DNA from: Planctomycetota bacterium
GTDB lineage: Bacteria > Planctomycetota > UBA1135 > UBA2386
DNA length: 64,000 nt
Direction: 5' to 3'
Assembly (NCBI GenBank): GCA_965228735.1
Contig: OZ245838.1
Span: forward strand, 5,184,001 to 5,248,000
The translations under genes were made by a program, and so were the position numbers. The notes beneath the pieces are model-generated. The model had not been told where the DNA came from. It did not search any database and saw only the letters and a program-made list of their open reading frames with translations. This document shows, piece after piece, positions 1-10,439 of this stretch; the stretch's first letter is position 1, and each line of letters starts with the position of its first letter.

Positions 1-144
1 TTTTCGCGGTAAGTCCGTCGTATGCGGGGTCTAGGCTTCGGCTCTCGAGAGCGTTGTCCCGCGCGCACGAGCCGACGCGCCGCGGGTAGAGCCACTTCGC
101 TCTGTCGATGCGCTCTTCACGCCCCGAAGCCTTGACCCCGCCCC

Positions 145-906
145 CTACCCCCGCATCACGTCCCGAAGCATGGTCGCCGTCCACGGCCGCCCACTTCGCG
201 ACCCATGACGCTCCGCGTTCAACGCCTCCGCCACTTCGGCCAGCGTCCGACGCTTCCGTCCGCTTCGCTCGCGCCGCAGCTGCTTGATCCTGCGCAGCGT
301 GTCCGCTTCCCACGGCTTGTCTGGGTGCTGGCCGAACCGGTAGGCGCCGCAGTGATGCTCGCCTCGCCGCTTCTTGCGCTCCCGTGCGACGCGGAGCTTG
401 GCGACCAAGGCTGACCGCTCGTATTCCGCGAGCGCGTTGAGGACTTGGCGCACGAGCTTCCGGCTCGGGTCGCTGTCCGCCTCGGTCATGTCCTCGCCGG
501 TGTCCGCCGTGACGATGGACACCCCGGCCTCGGCGAACGCTCGCACCGCCATCTCGCTGACGATGAGGTCGCGCCCCAGTCGATCTGCGCGCTCGATCAC
601 CAGGGTCGACGCATCGAGCTCGACGCACCGCTCGAGCGCGCGAGAGAGGCCCTCACGGCCTTCGAGCGGGACCGTTCCCGAGACGCCCGGGTCGACGTGT
701 TCCTCGACTAGTCTCGCACGGTGGGCCTCGCACCACGCCCGTATCGCGTCGCGCTGTCGAGGGAAGCCGTCGCGCCCGTCTTCGGCCTGCGCCGCGCTGG
801 ACACGCGGAGGTAGGCGACCGCACGGAGCACAGGGCGTCTCGCGTCGCCGCCGCCGCTCGTCTTGCACGTCGCGACGGCCAGGGCTTCCACATCGGGCGC
901 GCTCAC
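145..906 (-). CDS. Serine recombinase (resolvase family) with short C-terminal DNA-binding region
   Basis: AVAYLRVSS catalytic motif, GVSG, DRLGRD, and AEYER helix. Confidence 0.9.
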   Translation of the reverse strand: MSAPDVEALAVATCKTSGGGDARRPVLRAVAYLRVSSAAQAEDGRDGFPRQRDAIRAWCEAHRARLVEEHVDPGVSGTVPLEGREGLSRALERCVELDASTLVIERADRLGRDLIVSEMAVRAFAEAGVSIVTADTGEDMTEADSDPSRKLVRQVLNALAEYERSALVAKLRVARERKKRRGEHHCGAYRFGQHPDKPWEADTLRRIKQLRRERSGRKRRTLAEVAEALNAERHGSRSGRPWTATMLRDVMRG

Positions 907-1376
907 GGCGCGCCTCCCTCGATGGTCCGGACGGACTCCTCAGCGAAGCTGTAGTAGCGCCCGTCGCCGAAGATGAGATGATCCAGGAGCGGGACGCCGA
1001 GCAGGTCGCCCGCGCTCCGTAGTCGGGTCGTGACGTGGCGATCCTCGCCGCTCGGCGCCGGGTCGCCGCTCGGGTGGTTGTGCGCCACGACGACCGCGGC
1101 CGACGCAAGGGTCACGGCCGGGCCGAAGACCTCGCGCGGATGCACGGGCGCGCTGTCGACCGTCCCGACGTGCGCCGTATGCACCGCGATGACGCGGTGG
1201 CGCGCATCGAGGTAGACGGCGACGAAGCACTCGCGGGGGTCGTCGCGGAGATACTCGCGGAGCAGACCGATGACGTCGCCGGCATGGCGGACGGGATACG
1301 GTCGCTCGGCGCGCTCGCGGACCAGCGACAACTTGACGCGCCGCCAGCTACGGCGCTCGACGAGGGGCGCGCTCAT
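903..1376 (-). CDS. RadC-like JAB-domain protein
   Basis: RECF..., VHPREVF, HNHPSGDPAPSGED, LLDHLIFG. ATG at 1376 overlaps the upstream stop (ATGA). Confidence 0.92.
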   Translation of the reverse strand: MSAPLVERRSWRRVKLSLVRERAERPYPVRHAGDVIGLLREYLRDDPRECFVAVYLDARHRVIAVHTAHVGTVDSAPVHPREVFGPAVTLASAAVVVAHNHPSGDPAPSGEDRHVTTRLRSAGDLLGVPLLDHLIFGDGRYYSFAEESVRTIEGGAP

Positions 1377-1828
1377 CGCTTGCCTCCCCGTTGCAGGACG
1401 CGGACGAAGTCGCGGCACCGATCAAGCCAGCGGCGCAGCATTGGCGCCGAGCACGCGCACCGAACGTTCTCCCGACCGCGCATCCCGCACGGGCAAAGCT
1501 CGTGCGTTGCGACGACATCGAAGTAGGACCGGACGCGGATCGGTTCACGGTGACCGCGCAGGGTCACGGCTTGTTCACGCCACGCGAGCGCGACCGCTTC
1601 GATCGTCTCGCGACGCCACTCGGGGAGGTCGGACAACACGAGCGTTGCGCCGTTGGCCAGCACGCACTCGCCGAGCGCCAGGGCAACGGCGCCGGACTCA
1701 TCGACCGTCGCGCGGCCGATCATCGACGCCGTCGAGCTCGAGTGATGCGGCCATCGCGAACGCGGCGACACGGATGCGCGCACCTGCCGGACGGCATCGG
1801 GTGCGGCGACGACTCGGACGGCCTTCAT
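1373..1828 (-). CDS. Short degenerate ComM/YifB (Mg-chelatase-related AAA+) fragment protein
   Basis: PHHSSSTASMIG, GECVLANG, LVLSDLPEW, LCPCG...CACS follow the order of ComM motifs PHHTAS, GEISLAHNG, LFLDELPEF, NPCPCG...CRC. ATGA-coupled at both ends. Confidence 0.7.
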   Translation of the reverse strand: MKAVRVVAAPDAVRQVRASVSPRSRWPHHSSSTASMIGRATVDESGAVALALGECVLANGATLVLSDLPEWRRETIEAVALAWREQAVTLRGHREPIRVRSYFDVVATHELCPCGMRGRENVRCACSAPMLRRWLDRCRDFVRVLQRGGKR

Positions 1829-2298
1829 CGCGCACCTCCGGCCGGCAACGGTCGCCAGCCATCGTAGGGCACTTCATTGCGACGGATGATCTCGCCCGAT
1901 GGCGCTTCGAACTCCGCGCGTCGGATCGATATCATTGCCTCACGGCCGATGAGCCGGTCGGCGCTCAAGCCGGGGAGGTCATCGACGCCGAGCGCACGCA
2001 GCACGAGGCGCGCTCGTGCTCGCCCCCGCGCGGAGAACACGAGCGCATCCCATGCAGCAAAACGGCGCGCGTAGTCGCCTTCGGTGACGTCGAGACGGAG
2101 CGACCACCGCTCGTCTCCCGCTCGTGTCTCACTGACGCGCACCTCGGCGACGCGGCAGCGATATGCGCCCTCGGGCACGGTGATGTAGTCGGACACCGGC
2201 TCGCGCACTTCACTCGCGTTGCCGGTGACGGAAAAGGACATCGCACGAGGGCATCGCTCGTGCTGCGGCGTGCTCGCGCCGCTACGGTTCGCAGGCAT
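1825..2298 (-). CDS. DUF669-like phage ssDNA-binding protein
   Basis: VPEGAYRCRVAEV...WSLRLDVTEGDYARR..WD pattern. AGGAG before ATG 2298; alternative start 2241. Confidence 0.7.
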   Translation of the reverse strand: MPANRSGASTPQHERCPRAMSFSVTGNASEVREPVSDYITVPEGAYRCRVAEVRVSETRAGDERWSLRLDVTEGDYARRFAAWDALVFSARGRARARLVLRALGVDDLPGLSADRLIGREAMISIRRAEFEAPSGEIIRRNEVPYDGWRPLPAGGAR

Positions 2299-2877
2299 GA
2301 CTGACTCCTGTTGTCGCAGGGTTGGTCTAGGCCCGCGTCGGTGTTCGCGCACCGGCGCGGGCCGCTTTGTTCGCGCGACGACATGTCACGCGCATCGCGC
2401 CTAACTACGTGTCACGGTGCGCGTTGTTTCGCGCAATGAAGGTCTTTCTGTAGATCCGCCTTCCTCGCGAGCGGTGATCGTCGATGGCAGCAGAGGGCGC
2501 ACGCGAGGTCTCGAGGAGTGCGAGGTCCGGTCGGGGCGGGTCCCATCTCGCTGTGCCTTTTGAATGAAGACAGCTCGGCCCATGTCGCGAGCTTCCACGC
2601 GGCATATTTGAACCCCAGAGCGCGCGGTGTCGTCTGCGTTTGGAAAGGCGGCACACTCGTGATCGAGTATTGGCGCGCAGCGCGCGCCGAGGTCATCCGC
2701 GACGTGGTCAGAGTTAATGGCCACGACGTTCAGGTCGTGTTGGTAGGGGGCTACCGCGACGATGGGGTAACCGGAAGGATGGCGGACAGAGTCGCCTCGC
2801 GAACCTCGCGATAGCTGCTTTGGGCCTCGGCAGTGCTGCGGCAACTCGCCTGCGGAAACAGGCATCATGGCAAGAGT

Positions 2878-3441
2878 TCAGACACGTAGTGCTGCAGTCC
2901 CGGTCTTCTTCTCAGTTGCGTATCTGACCAGGACAGTCCCGCACGATCGGTCTTCGATCATCTCCGCAGCCGGTGGCGCCTTCAGCCTGATCCACGTCTC
3001 GAGCGTGGCCTCCGGCTCGAGCAGTGCGTAGGGAGTCCGGTTGTTCGGTCCGAACTTGATCTCGAACGCGGAGGCAAACGCGGTCGACTGATACCGAGAG
3101 GCAACACTCACTCCCGAACGGAGGAACAATCCGAACGCTCGCCTCCGGTCCTTGAAAGCTGCTGCGGCGACGAACACAGGTGCGCCAGTCCTGTTGATGA
3201 TGAGGATGCGGAGCACCGGCTGAGGGCTTTCCTTGGACCGCGCGCCGACCAGGTCTTGTGGCTCATTGAAGACAGCCCAATCTCCGTGGACCTCTGCCTT
3301 CAGTCCCTTGAGCTTGCCTCCCCAGTAGTCGAGCAGGTTCGTCTTGAGCCTCAGCCAGATCCAGACCGCTACAGCGAACCCTCCTCCGGTGACAACTGCG
3401 CCGACCTCGGCGGCTATGGCGTTGACGAATGCATCCCACAT
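2878..3441 (-). CDS. Hypothetical protein with N-terminal membrane anchor
   Basis: 187-aa ORF with hydrophobic N-terminus and protein-like composition. Confidence 0.6.
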   Translation of the reverse strand: MWDAFVNAIAAEVGAVVTGGGFAVAVWIWLRLKTNLLDYWGGKLKGLKAEVHGDWAVFNEPQDLVGARSKESPQPVLRILIINRTGAPVFVAAAAFKDRRRAFGLFLRSGVSVASRYQSTAFASAFEIKFGPNNRTPYALLEPEATLETWIRLKAPPAAEMIEDRSCGTVLVRYATEKKTGTAALRV

Positions 3442-3791
3442 GCGCGGGTGTGCTAACCGCGGCTCGACTCCACTTCAACTGTGGCGAATAGCGCGCTGCG
3501 ATGAAGGTGCGTCACGCCTGTCGGCCGTGTTCAAGCGGCCTCGATCGCGGTGGCTGCGGCGGCCTCGCGCGAAGGTCTACGAGGATTGCGAGGCCCCGTT
3601 CGGGGTGGGGCCCACCCTCCCCTTCTTGCGGATGAAGATGACGATTCGCCTTCGGGGTGACGGTGGCGCGGCGACTCACTTGCCCCAGGCCGTGCGACCG
3701 ACGAGAATCGCTCCATGCAGGAATCCGGGGTGCCTCAAGTCTCTTGTTGCCGTTCGACCTTTGTCGCTAGCTGCTAGCGCGTGAAGATTGA

Positions 3792-5885
3792 ATGGCCGCC
3801 ACTTCACGAAACCCTGCGCTCCTCCTTGGCGACGTCAATGCCGAGGCCGACGACCTTCTGTCCACGGCATTCTACGAGTCTCCCGACTATCGCACCCTGA
3901 TCGAACATCCCAGCGGAAGAGTCGTCGTCGGGCGCCGCGGCACAGGGAAGAGCGCGCTTGCATGGAAGCTGGGAGAAACGTGGGCAGCCGACGGGAAGAC
4001 GCACGTCGTCCCGCTGCTTCCGACTGAAGACCAGATGATTGCCCTCCGCGGCCTGGCTCAGAGTCTCACCGTCGAGTATGCGCTAACCCGAGCGTTCTTT
4101 CGGATCGCATGGAAGGCCGCGTTGGCACTCGAAGCTCTATCGAAGCTGGTCAGCCACTACAAGTTCAAGGCGCTGCCCCAGCACGGCTTTGCTGAGCCAT
4201 GCGTCAAGTCGTGGTCACAAGGAGGCGACACCGTCAACGAGCGGATGGATTCGCTTCTCCGCCCGATCATCGAGGAACACGGAGATGCCGCAACGACGAT
4301 CGGCCGCCTCCAGAAGGACCTCCAATGGAGCCAAATAGAGGACGCGCTTCGCGCTTGCCTTGGTGCGACCGGGACTAAGATCGCAATCATCATCGATCGA
4401 GTGGACGAGGGATACCAGCCTGATGATAGTGGCATCGGAATAGTCGCTGGGCTGGCGAGCGCAGCAATCGACCTGTCCAATAACTTCGACAGCCTCTACG
4501 CAACCCTCTTCCTGCGAGACAATATGGCAAGGGCGATCGCCGCGCACGACTCAGACTACTCTCGGTCTATCGAATCTCGGGTCCTGCGCCTTCACTGGGA
4601 TGCGCGCGCGCTGATCGACATGGCCAGTGAGCGCATAAAGGCGGCTCTGCACCTGCAAGTTCAGTCTTCAAAAGCGATATGGAACCGGTTCGTGCTCGAT
4701 GAGCTGCGCGATATTGCCGGGTTCCGGCGCTGCCTGCGTTTCACGCTATACCGCCCACGTGACGTCCTCCTTCTTCTCAACCAGGCTTTCTACCATTGCC
4801 ATAAGCGTAACGGCACTAGGATATCTCTCAATGACTTGGAGGCTACCGCGAAGACAATATCGTCCAATCGCCTGAGCGACCTCTTTCGTGAGTATGAGTC
4901 CGTCGCGCCAGAGATTGAGCGACTGGTGCGTGCCCTAGGAGGTGGCAGCGCCTATTACTCCCGCGAACGAATCGTGGGTCAACTCGAAGCCGTTCTATCC
5001 TCCGACGAAGCTGACCCTCTAACACAGCAAGGACTTCGCCTTATCGAGAATGCGTCGGCCGCCATTCGCGTTCTCTACGAGTTTGGAGTGATTGGCGTGC
5101 AAGACTCGACGAGTGCTGACTTCGCCTTCTGTCACGATGGTCATGAGATCATCCAGGACATCGGCAAGGCGACAAACTTCCTTGTGCACCCCTGCTACTG
5201 GATGGCCTTGGATCTCGATGAGCAGCCCCTGGACCAGGCAGACGCTGAAACGGTCTACGACGAATACGAGATCACGGTGGTCTCGAAAACGCCGCAAGAA
5301 CGGGCGGCTCGAATCACTAGGATTGCAAACGAGGTGAAGACGATTCCCTGCGGCAGAGAGGGCGCAAGCTCCTTTGAGACGTGGTGCCATCGCGCATTAA
5401 GCACTGCGTTCGCCGGCCACCTCAGAAACCTCGAGCTGAAGCCCAATAGCCAGGCCAGCAACCGCCGGGACATCGTAGGGCGCAATGCAGGCGAGGCGGG
5501 AGTCTGGCGCCACCTCAGCGAAGACTATGGAGTTAGGCAGGTGGTCTTCGAGGTGAAGAACTACGCGGAGCCGACCGTGGATGACTTCCGTCAAATGCGC
5601 GACTACCTGCATGACCACTACGGAAGATGCGGCTTCATCATCTGTCGCGCCCAAAGCAGTGAAATCACCGGCCCCATCCTCAACCGAGTGAGAGAGCAAT
5701 GGGCCAATCACAGGCTACTGAACGTGCTCATCGACGAGCGATTCCTGCGTCGCGTCCTCGAGAAGATCCGAAGCCCGGCGAAACACAACGCGGCGAACCG
5801 CGATCTCGAAAAACTCGTAGACGCGTATGAGCGGCTCTATGTGAGCGGGCAGATGTCGCCGAAGAACAGGAAGAAAGCTCGCTGA
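3792..5885 (+). CDS. P-loop ATPase (Sll1717/FunZ-like) fused to C-terminal PD-(D/E)xK restriction-type nuclease
   Basis: Walker A GRRGTGKS, Walker B IIIDRVDE, RPRD motif, C-terminal RRDIV...FEVKNY...Q..DY. Confidence 0.8.
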   Translation: MAATSRNPALLLGDVNAEADDLLSTAFYESPDYRTLIEHPSGRVVVGRRGTGKSALAWKLGETWAADGKTHVVPLLPTEDQMIALRGLAQSLTVEYALTRAFFRIAWKAALALEALSKLVSHYKFKALPQHGFAEPCVKSWSQGGDTVNERMDSLLRPIIEEHGDAATTIGRLQKDLQWSQIEDALRACLGATGTKIAIIIDRVDEGYQPDDSGIGIVAGLASAAIDLSNNFDSLYATLFLRDNMARAIAAHDSDYSRSIESRVLRLHWDARALIDMASERIKAALHLQVQSSKAIWNRFVLDELRDIAGFRRCLRFTLYRPRDVLLLLNQAFYHCHKRNGTRISLNDLEATAKTISSNRLSDLFREYESVAPEIERLVRALGGGSAYYSRERIVGQLEAVLSSDEADPLTQQGLRLIENASAAIRVLYEFGVIGVQDSTSADFAFCHDGHEIIQDIGKATNFLVHPCYWMALDLDEQPLDQADAETVYDEYEITVVSKTPQERAARITRIANEVKTIPCGREGASSFETWCHRALSTAFAGHLRNLELKPNSQASNRRDIVGRNAGEAGVWRHLSEDYGVRQVVFEVKNYAEPTVDDFRQMRDYLHDHYGRCGFIICRAQSSEITGPILNRVREQWANHRLLNVLIDERFLRRVLEKIRSPAKHNAANRDLEKLVDAYERLYVSGQMSPKNRKKAR

Positions 5886-5930
5886 TTGACCGATCGCATC
5901 GTGAGTGGGTGTCATGTGCACGATACTTGA

Positions 5931-6689
5931 TTAACAGTTCACATACCGCACCGGGTTCTGCGACGCCTTCCCGATGTAGCTCGCCACGTCCCCGCCAACC
6001 AAGTGTTGTAGCTCAGTCGCGGGCCTACCACTGAAGCGCCAGCGGTTTCGCCTCTCCTGACCGGCGCCGTCGGAGACAACCGGCTCCCACTTTTCGATCG
6101 TGTAGGCGGCGCGAACGAGGCCGCGGAAGACAGCCAACGCGAAGCGAGCCTTTTTGCGTCGCGCTCCGACCACCCAGTCGCCGCGCGTGATCTCGTAGAG
6201 CTGGTCGGCACCTGTGTTCCGCGCGAATCGGCGGTTCACGATGATCAACAGGCATGGGTCGCTCAGTGTCACTGGCTTCGCGTCGTAGCGCGCGATGATC
6301 TCCGGCACTGTCATTCGCCCACGATGCTCCGCGTGATGACCGCCGACCGCGTTCGCGAGTTCTTCGAGGCCGAGCCAGTCGATCAGCGCGGACTCGACCT
6401 CGAACGCTTGATCCTCGGTAAGGCCGTGGCGCACGACCTCGTGGTCGACCTCTAGCCCAGCTGTGTGGATTGCTCGAATCCGATCGAGCTTCTCGGTCGA
6501 GGATGGCTTCTCGAGCGCGTCAGAAACGTGCGCGAACATTCGGTTGCCTACGCCCTTGCCGACGTAGAACACGACGTCGTCACGCGGGTCACGGAGAGCG
6601 TAAACGTAGAACCCGAGGCGCTCGACGACGGCGCGGGGGAACCGGAGGAATCGATGGACCGAGTCGCCGTTCTTCATTCTCAAAGACAC
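5931..6689 (-). CDS. LEM-3-like GIY-YIG nuclease
   Basis: FYVYALRDPR..VFYVGKG.GNR..H, plus EVESALI and LAN..GGH. Confidence 0.85.
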   Translation of the reverse strand: MSLRMKNGDSVHRFLRFPRAVVERLGFYVYALRDPRDDVVFYVGKGVGNRMFAHVSDALEKPSSTEKLDRIRAIHTAGLEVDHEVVRHGLTEDQAFEVESALIDWLGLEELANAVGGHHAEHRGRMTVPEIIARYDAKPVTLSDPCLLIIVNRRFARNTGADQLYEITRGDWVVGARRKKARFALAVFRGLVRAAYTIEKWEPVVSDGAGQERRNRWRFSGRPATELQHLVGGDVASYIGKASQNPVRYVNC

Positions 6690-6952
6690 GGTCAGGTCAG
6701 AGCGTCTTCACCCCCAGGCTATGCCCGGGCGGTGGCGCCCCGCAAGACCCTAACGTCATCAATCGAAACCGTGAACCGCCCCCTCGTGCTGCCTGCATGT
6801 AACCCGGTCATGGCCTACCCCGTTGGGTTCTGAGCGTTGGCTGGACGTCGAGAGGCCCGTCGGCACCACTGGACCGCGCCGTCGCCCCGTCATGGTCACG
6901 CTGACGTGTCTCACTCCCGATTCCCACAAGTCGCGGGTAGGCTTGCTAGACG

Positions 6953-8563
6953 ATGACAGTCGACCGCACGGGCGTCCCTCACTCCGTCACAAGCCTGCTC
7001 AAGGGCGTCGACACCGGCAAACTCGGACTGCCAGAGTTCCAACGCGACTTCATCTGGCGACCCGAGAACGTCTGCGACCTCCTTCGGACAGTCGCTAGGG
7101 ACTGGCCGTGCGGCACCTTCCTGCTTCAGCATGGTCCGCTGGAGTTTCAGTGCAAGGCGCTCGAAAGCGCGCCGCCGCTATCTCCTAAACCAGACCTCCT
7201 GATTCTTGACGGCCAGCAACGGCTGACGGCCCTTTACCAAGCCTATGGCCAGCACGGGGATGAAGTCTATTACCTCGATCTGGCGGCTCTTCAGGAGACA
7301 GGTCAGCTCGAGAATGAACATTTCCAGTTCCTGAAGTCCAATAAGTTCAGGGCCCGCTATCCGGATCTTCGGAGGGAGGCGGACCAGCGAGTCGTCCGAG
7401 TGGCAACCCTGGTCAACGACGATGAGTTCTTTCGCTGGCTGCGTTTCATTCCGGACGATGGGCAGGAGGCCTACATTCGCCTACGGACGGAGCACCTCTC
7501 AGGATTCAAGCACTACAGCATTCCGTGCGTGGTCCTGCCGCGAGATCTCGAACTCGCGGCGACGGCAAAGATCTTTGAGACTATCAACAGGCGTGGTGTC
7601 CGACTCGACACGTTCGATCTCATGGTCGCCAAACTCTACCCATATGAGTTCTTCCTGCGCGACGCCTGGGACACTGCGATATCGGAAGAGAGTGCTCTAG
7701 AACGATACGAGATTGAAGGGCTCGATATTCTCAAGCTCATCGCGCTCCAGCACACGCTCGAGCCGCGCCAACCGGGGCCAACGAAGGTCAAGGGGATCCG
7801 AGAGAGCGATGTGATCGAACTCCCAGCTGACGCAGTCAAATACAAATGGACAGGCGCGGTCAAAGCGATGACCCAAGCGCTCGACTTCATGCGCGAGCAT
7901 TGTGGGGTAGTTGCGTCCGGTCTAGTGCCCGCTAAGGCTATGACATTGCCGCTGGCGGACGCTCTCGCTTCCCGAGAAAGCGTCGACGCAACCACTGCTC
8001 AACAGCTTCGGCGTTGGTTCTGGAGCAGCACCTTCAGGCAAACCTACGGCCAAGGCGCCAACACGCAGGCAGTTGCTGATGCTCGCGCCCTACGGGCGTG
8101 GATGACAGACCACGCCGCCATTCCAGATGCACTTAGACACTTCGAGCCTGTCGACGAAGAGACCCTCCTCGACCTGCGGCGTCGCAACGAAATGCTCCTT
8201 CGAGGGCTGATGTGTGGTCTCATCGTCCAGGATGCACGCGATTGGGTTGTCGACCGAAGGCTTCGCGATATCGAAGGCGACATACAGATTCACCATGTCT
8301 TCCCCCGCCAGTATCTCGACAACCTCAAACTGAAAGATGCGAACTGCGTCGCGAACTTTTCGCCACTATGCGCGGCGACGAACAAGTCCCTCCGCAACGA
8401 CCCTCCTACAAGCGTCTTGAATCGCGCTGACGTGAGCGATTCGCGTGTCATGTCGCATCGAATACCGCTCGGAACACTTCACAACAACCAGTGGCAGCAG
8501 TTCCTCGCTGAGAGATCGAAACTTCTCCAACAGCTCATCGCCGAACTCGTCGCGGCCAACTAA
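6953..8563 (+). CDS. GmrSD-family (DUF262) protein with C-terminal HNH-like region
   Basis: LPEFQRDFIW, ILDGQQRLTAL, FETINRRG; C-terminal IHHVFP...N...N. Confidence 0.9.
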   Translation: MTVDRTGVPHSVTSLLKGVDTGKLGLPEFQRDFIWRPENVCDLLRTVARDWPCGTFLLQHGPLEFQCKALESAPPLSPKPDLLILDGQQRLTALYQAYGQHGDEVYYLDLAALQETGQLENEHFQFLKSNKFRARYPDLRREADQRVVRVATLVNDDEFFRWLRFIPDDGQEAYIRLRTEHLSGFKHYSIPCVVLPRDLELAATAKIFETINRRGVRLDTFDLMVAKLYPYEFFLRDAWDTAISEESALERYEIEGLDILKLIALQHTLEPRQPGPTKVKGIRESDVIELPADAVKYKWTGAVKAMTQALDFMREHCGVVASGLVPAKAMTLPLADALASRESVDATTAQQLRRWFWSSTFRQTYGQGANTQAVADARALRAWMTDHAAIPDALRHFEPVDEETLLDLRRRNEMLLRGLMCGLIVQDARDWVVDRRLRDIEGDIQIHHVFPRQYLDNLKLKDANCVANFSPLCAATNKSLRNDPPTSVLNRADVSDSRVMSHRIPLGTLHNNQWQQFLAERSKLLQQLIAELVAAN

Positions 8564-8565
8564 GG

Positions 8566-10272
8566 ATGTTGTTTACATCGATATCTGTTGCTGGCTTCAA
8601 GCGGGTCGCTCGCTGCAACCTGGCTCTCGACGATCGTCAGACCGTTCTTGTGGGGCTGAACGACAGCGGCAAATCTAGCTTCTTGCAGGCAGTTCACTTT
8701 GGTGCCACAGCTGGGCAAATGGCCCTGGCTACGCCAGGGGCCCAGTGGTTGGACGGCACTCTTGAGGCAATCCTGCCAACTCGAGACCTGCCCTATGCGC
8801 CCTCCAATGACCTTCACTCGCTCTTTTGCTCGGAGCCCCGAACCGGCCTCGTGACGGTCGGGTTCTCCGCTGGAGATGACACATGCGCAGTCGAGATCTC
8901 CGCCGTTGACCCGGGTGGCGTTAAGATAGCGGTCACTGGAAAACTCCTTGCCGAGCAAACCCTTGGGGCTGACACGCCGCTCTCAATCCACGCCCCCGGG
9001 ATTTCCGGTCTAACCGCGACTGAGCCTCGGCATGCGAGAGGCCTCATGGCTCGGATGGCAGCTAGGGGCGACGCCAACCTCATACTGCGCAATGTGGTCG
9101 CTTCACTTCATCAAGATACGGTGATCTGGCCGCAGTTCATCGCCGACCTCCACGAAGTCTATCCGTCAACAGAGCTTGTCGTCGACTTCGATGCCGAACG
9201 CGACGACAAGGTTCGCGTCGGGTTCAAGGATCACGGAACGGTTCAGCCCTTGGAGGGCGCAGGAACGGGGTTGCTACAGACATGCCAAATCTTCGGCTAC
9301 TTGCGGCTCTTTCGCCCCGCCCTAGCGTTGCTCGATGAGCCAGACGCTCACCTACATCCCGATAGGCAGAGAGCTCTCTGCTCACACCTTATTCAGCTGG
9401 CGGAAGATCTGCGCATTCAGGTGATTCTCAGCACGCACTCGCGCCACGTCGTCGCGGCAACACGGGCGCAAGAGTCGGCGCGATGGCTTTCTGCCGGCAA
9501 CACGGTTGCCGAGCCTGCCGACATAACGGCAGCGCTCATGGAGATGGGGGCGCTCGATAGTTACGAACTGCTCGGCTCTGGCGAGTTTGAGTGCCTGGTG
9601 CTGACAGAAGACACGGACCCACGCCATCTAGAGCTGGTTCTTCGCGCCAACGGGTTCGACGGTGATCGCACACTTGTCGTGACTTATGACGGCGCCGGCA
9701 ACGTCAACGCGGCCCTGACACTAATACAGTTTGTCAGGAAGAGCGCACCATCGGTAAAGGTGATCGTTCACCGTGACCGCGACTACGCATCTGACGATGC
9801 AGTGCAAGCGTTCTCAGATTCAGTTCGATCCGCAGGTGGAGTTCCATGGACTACATCTGGTAGCGATGTCGAGTTTCACCTCCTCAATGCGGACCATCTC
9901 GCAGCATGCAACCCAGAACTCGACAAGGAACACTTTGAGAGCGCCATCGATGTGGCGATCGACAACGCGTTTGACAGAATAGTGGAGAAGATTGCGAACA
10001 ATCGCATCAATGAGGCTCACAGGCTGCGAGCGCGGGGAGGCGCTGAGCCCAACGCAGCTAGGATCACGTTGGAAGCACAAAAGGAACTGAAAGAGAGCCC
10101 GAGACTGTGCTGCCACGGCAAGATCACGCTGAAGGCGCTAAGGCAAGTTGTGCAGAATGCTCACGGCTTTCAACTGAAGATGCATCAGCCGACGCCCCAC
10201 ATCCGGGATCAAGCACTCGAGGGTATCGCGGCAGAGATCTGGCCCAGCGACACCTCGAGAGGGCAGGGGTAG
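8566..10272 (+). CDS. ABC/AAA ATPase with TOPRIM-like domain (OLD-like nuclease)
   Basis: GFK, GLNDSGKSS, GAGTG signature, LLDEPDAHLHP, STHS; then LVLTED...HRDRD...DVE. Confidence 0.85.
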   Translation: MLFTSISVAGFKRVARCNLALDDRQTVLVGLNDSGKSSFLQAVHFGATAGQMALATPGAQWLDGTLEAILPTRDLPYAPSNDLHSLFCSEPRTGLVTVGFSAGDDTCAVEISAVDPGGVKIAVTGKLLAEQTLGADTPLSIHAPGISGLTATEPRHARGLMARMAARGDANLILRNVVASLHQDTVIWPQFIADLHEVYPSTELVVDFDAERDDKVRVGFKDHGTVQPLEGAGTGLLQTCQIFGYLRLFRPALALLDEPDAHLHPDRQRALCSHLIQLAEDLRIQVILSTHSRHVVAATRAQESARWLSAGNTVAEPADITAALMEMGALDSYELLGSGEFECLVLTEDTDPRHLELVLRANGFDGDRTLVVTYDGAGNVNAALTLIQFVRKSAPSVKVIVHRDRDYASDDAVQAFSDSVRSAGGVPWTTSGSDVEFHLLNADHLAACNPELDKEHFESAIDVAIDNAFDRIVEKIANNRINEAHRLRARGGAEPNAARITLEAQKELKESPRLCCHGKITLKALRQVVQNAHGFQLKMHQPTPHIRDQALEGIAAEIWPSDTSRGQG

Positions 10273-10439
10273 GGGCGAGGACCCCGGGGCACCCCGGGGC
10301 GGGGACACTCTTGACATCGCGATGCGTGCAGAGGCTTCCGCAGCATACTGGTTGAATCAGAGCGCCTCGAAAGACGGGAAAGGTCGACCGCTACTCGGAA
10401 GGAGGGCCCAGGTCCATCCGCCCCGCTACGCTCCGAGTT

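Noticed and set aside
2518..2814. 98-aa ORF
   Set aside because: Plausible composition but no motif, SD or context support
10311..10340. Sigma-70 promoter at TTGACA
   Set aside because: No credible -10 element at the proper spacing
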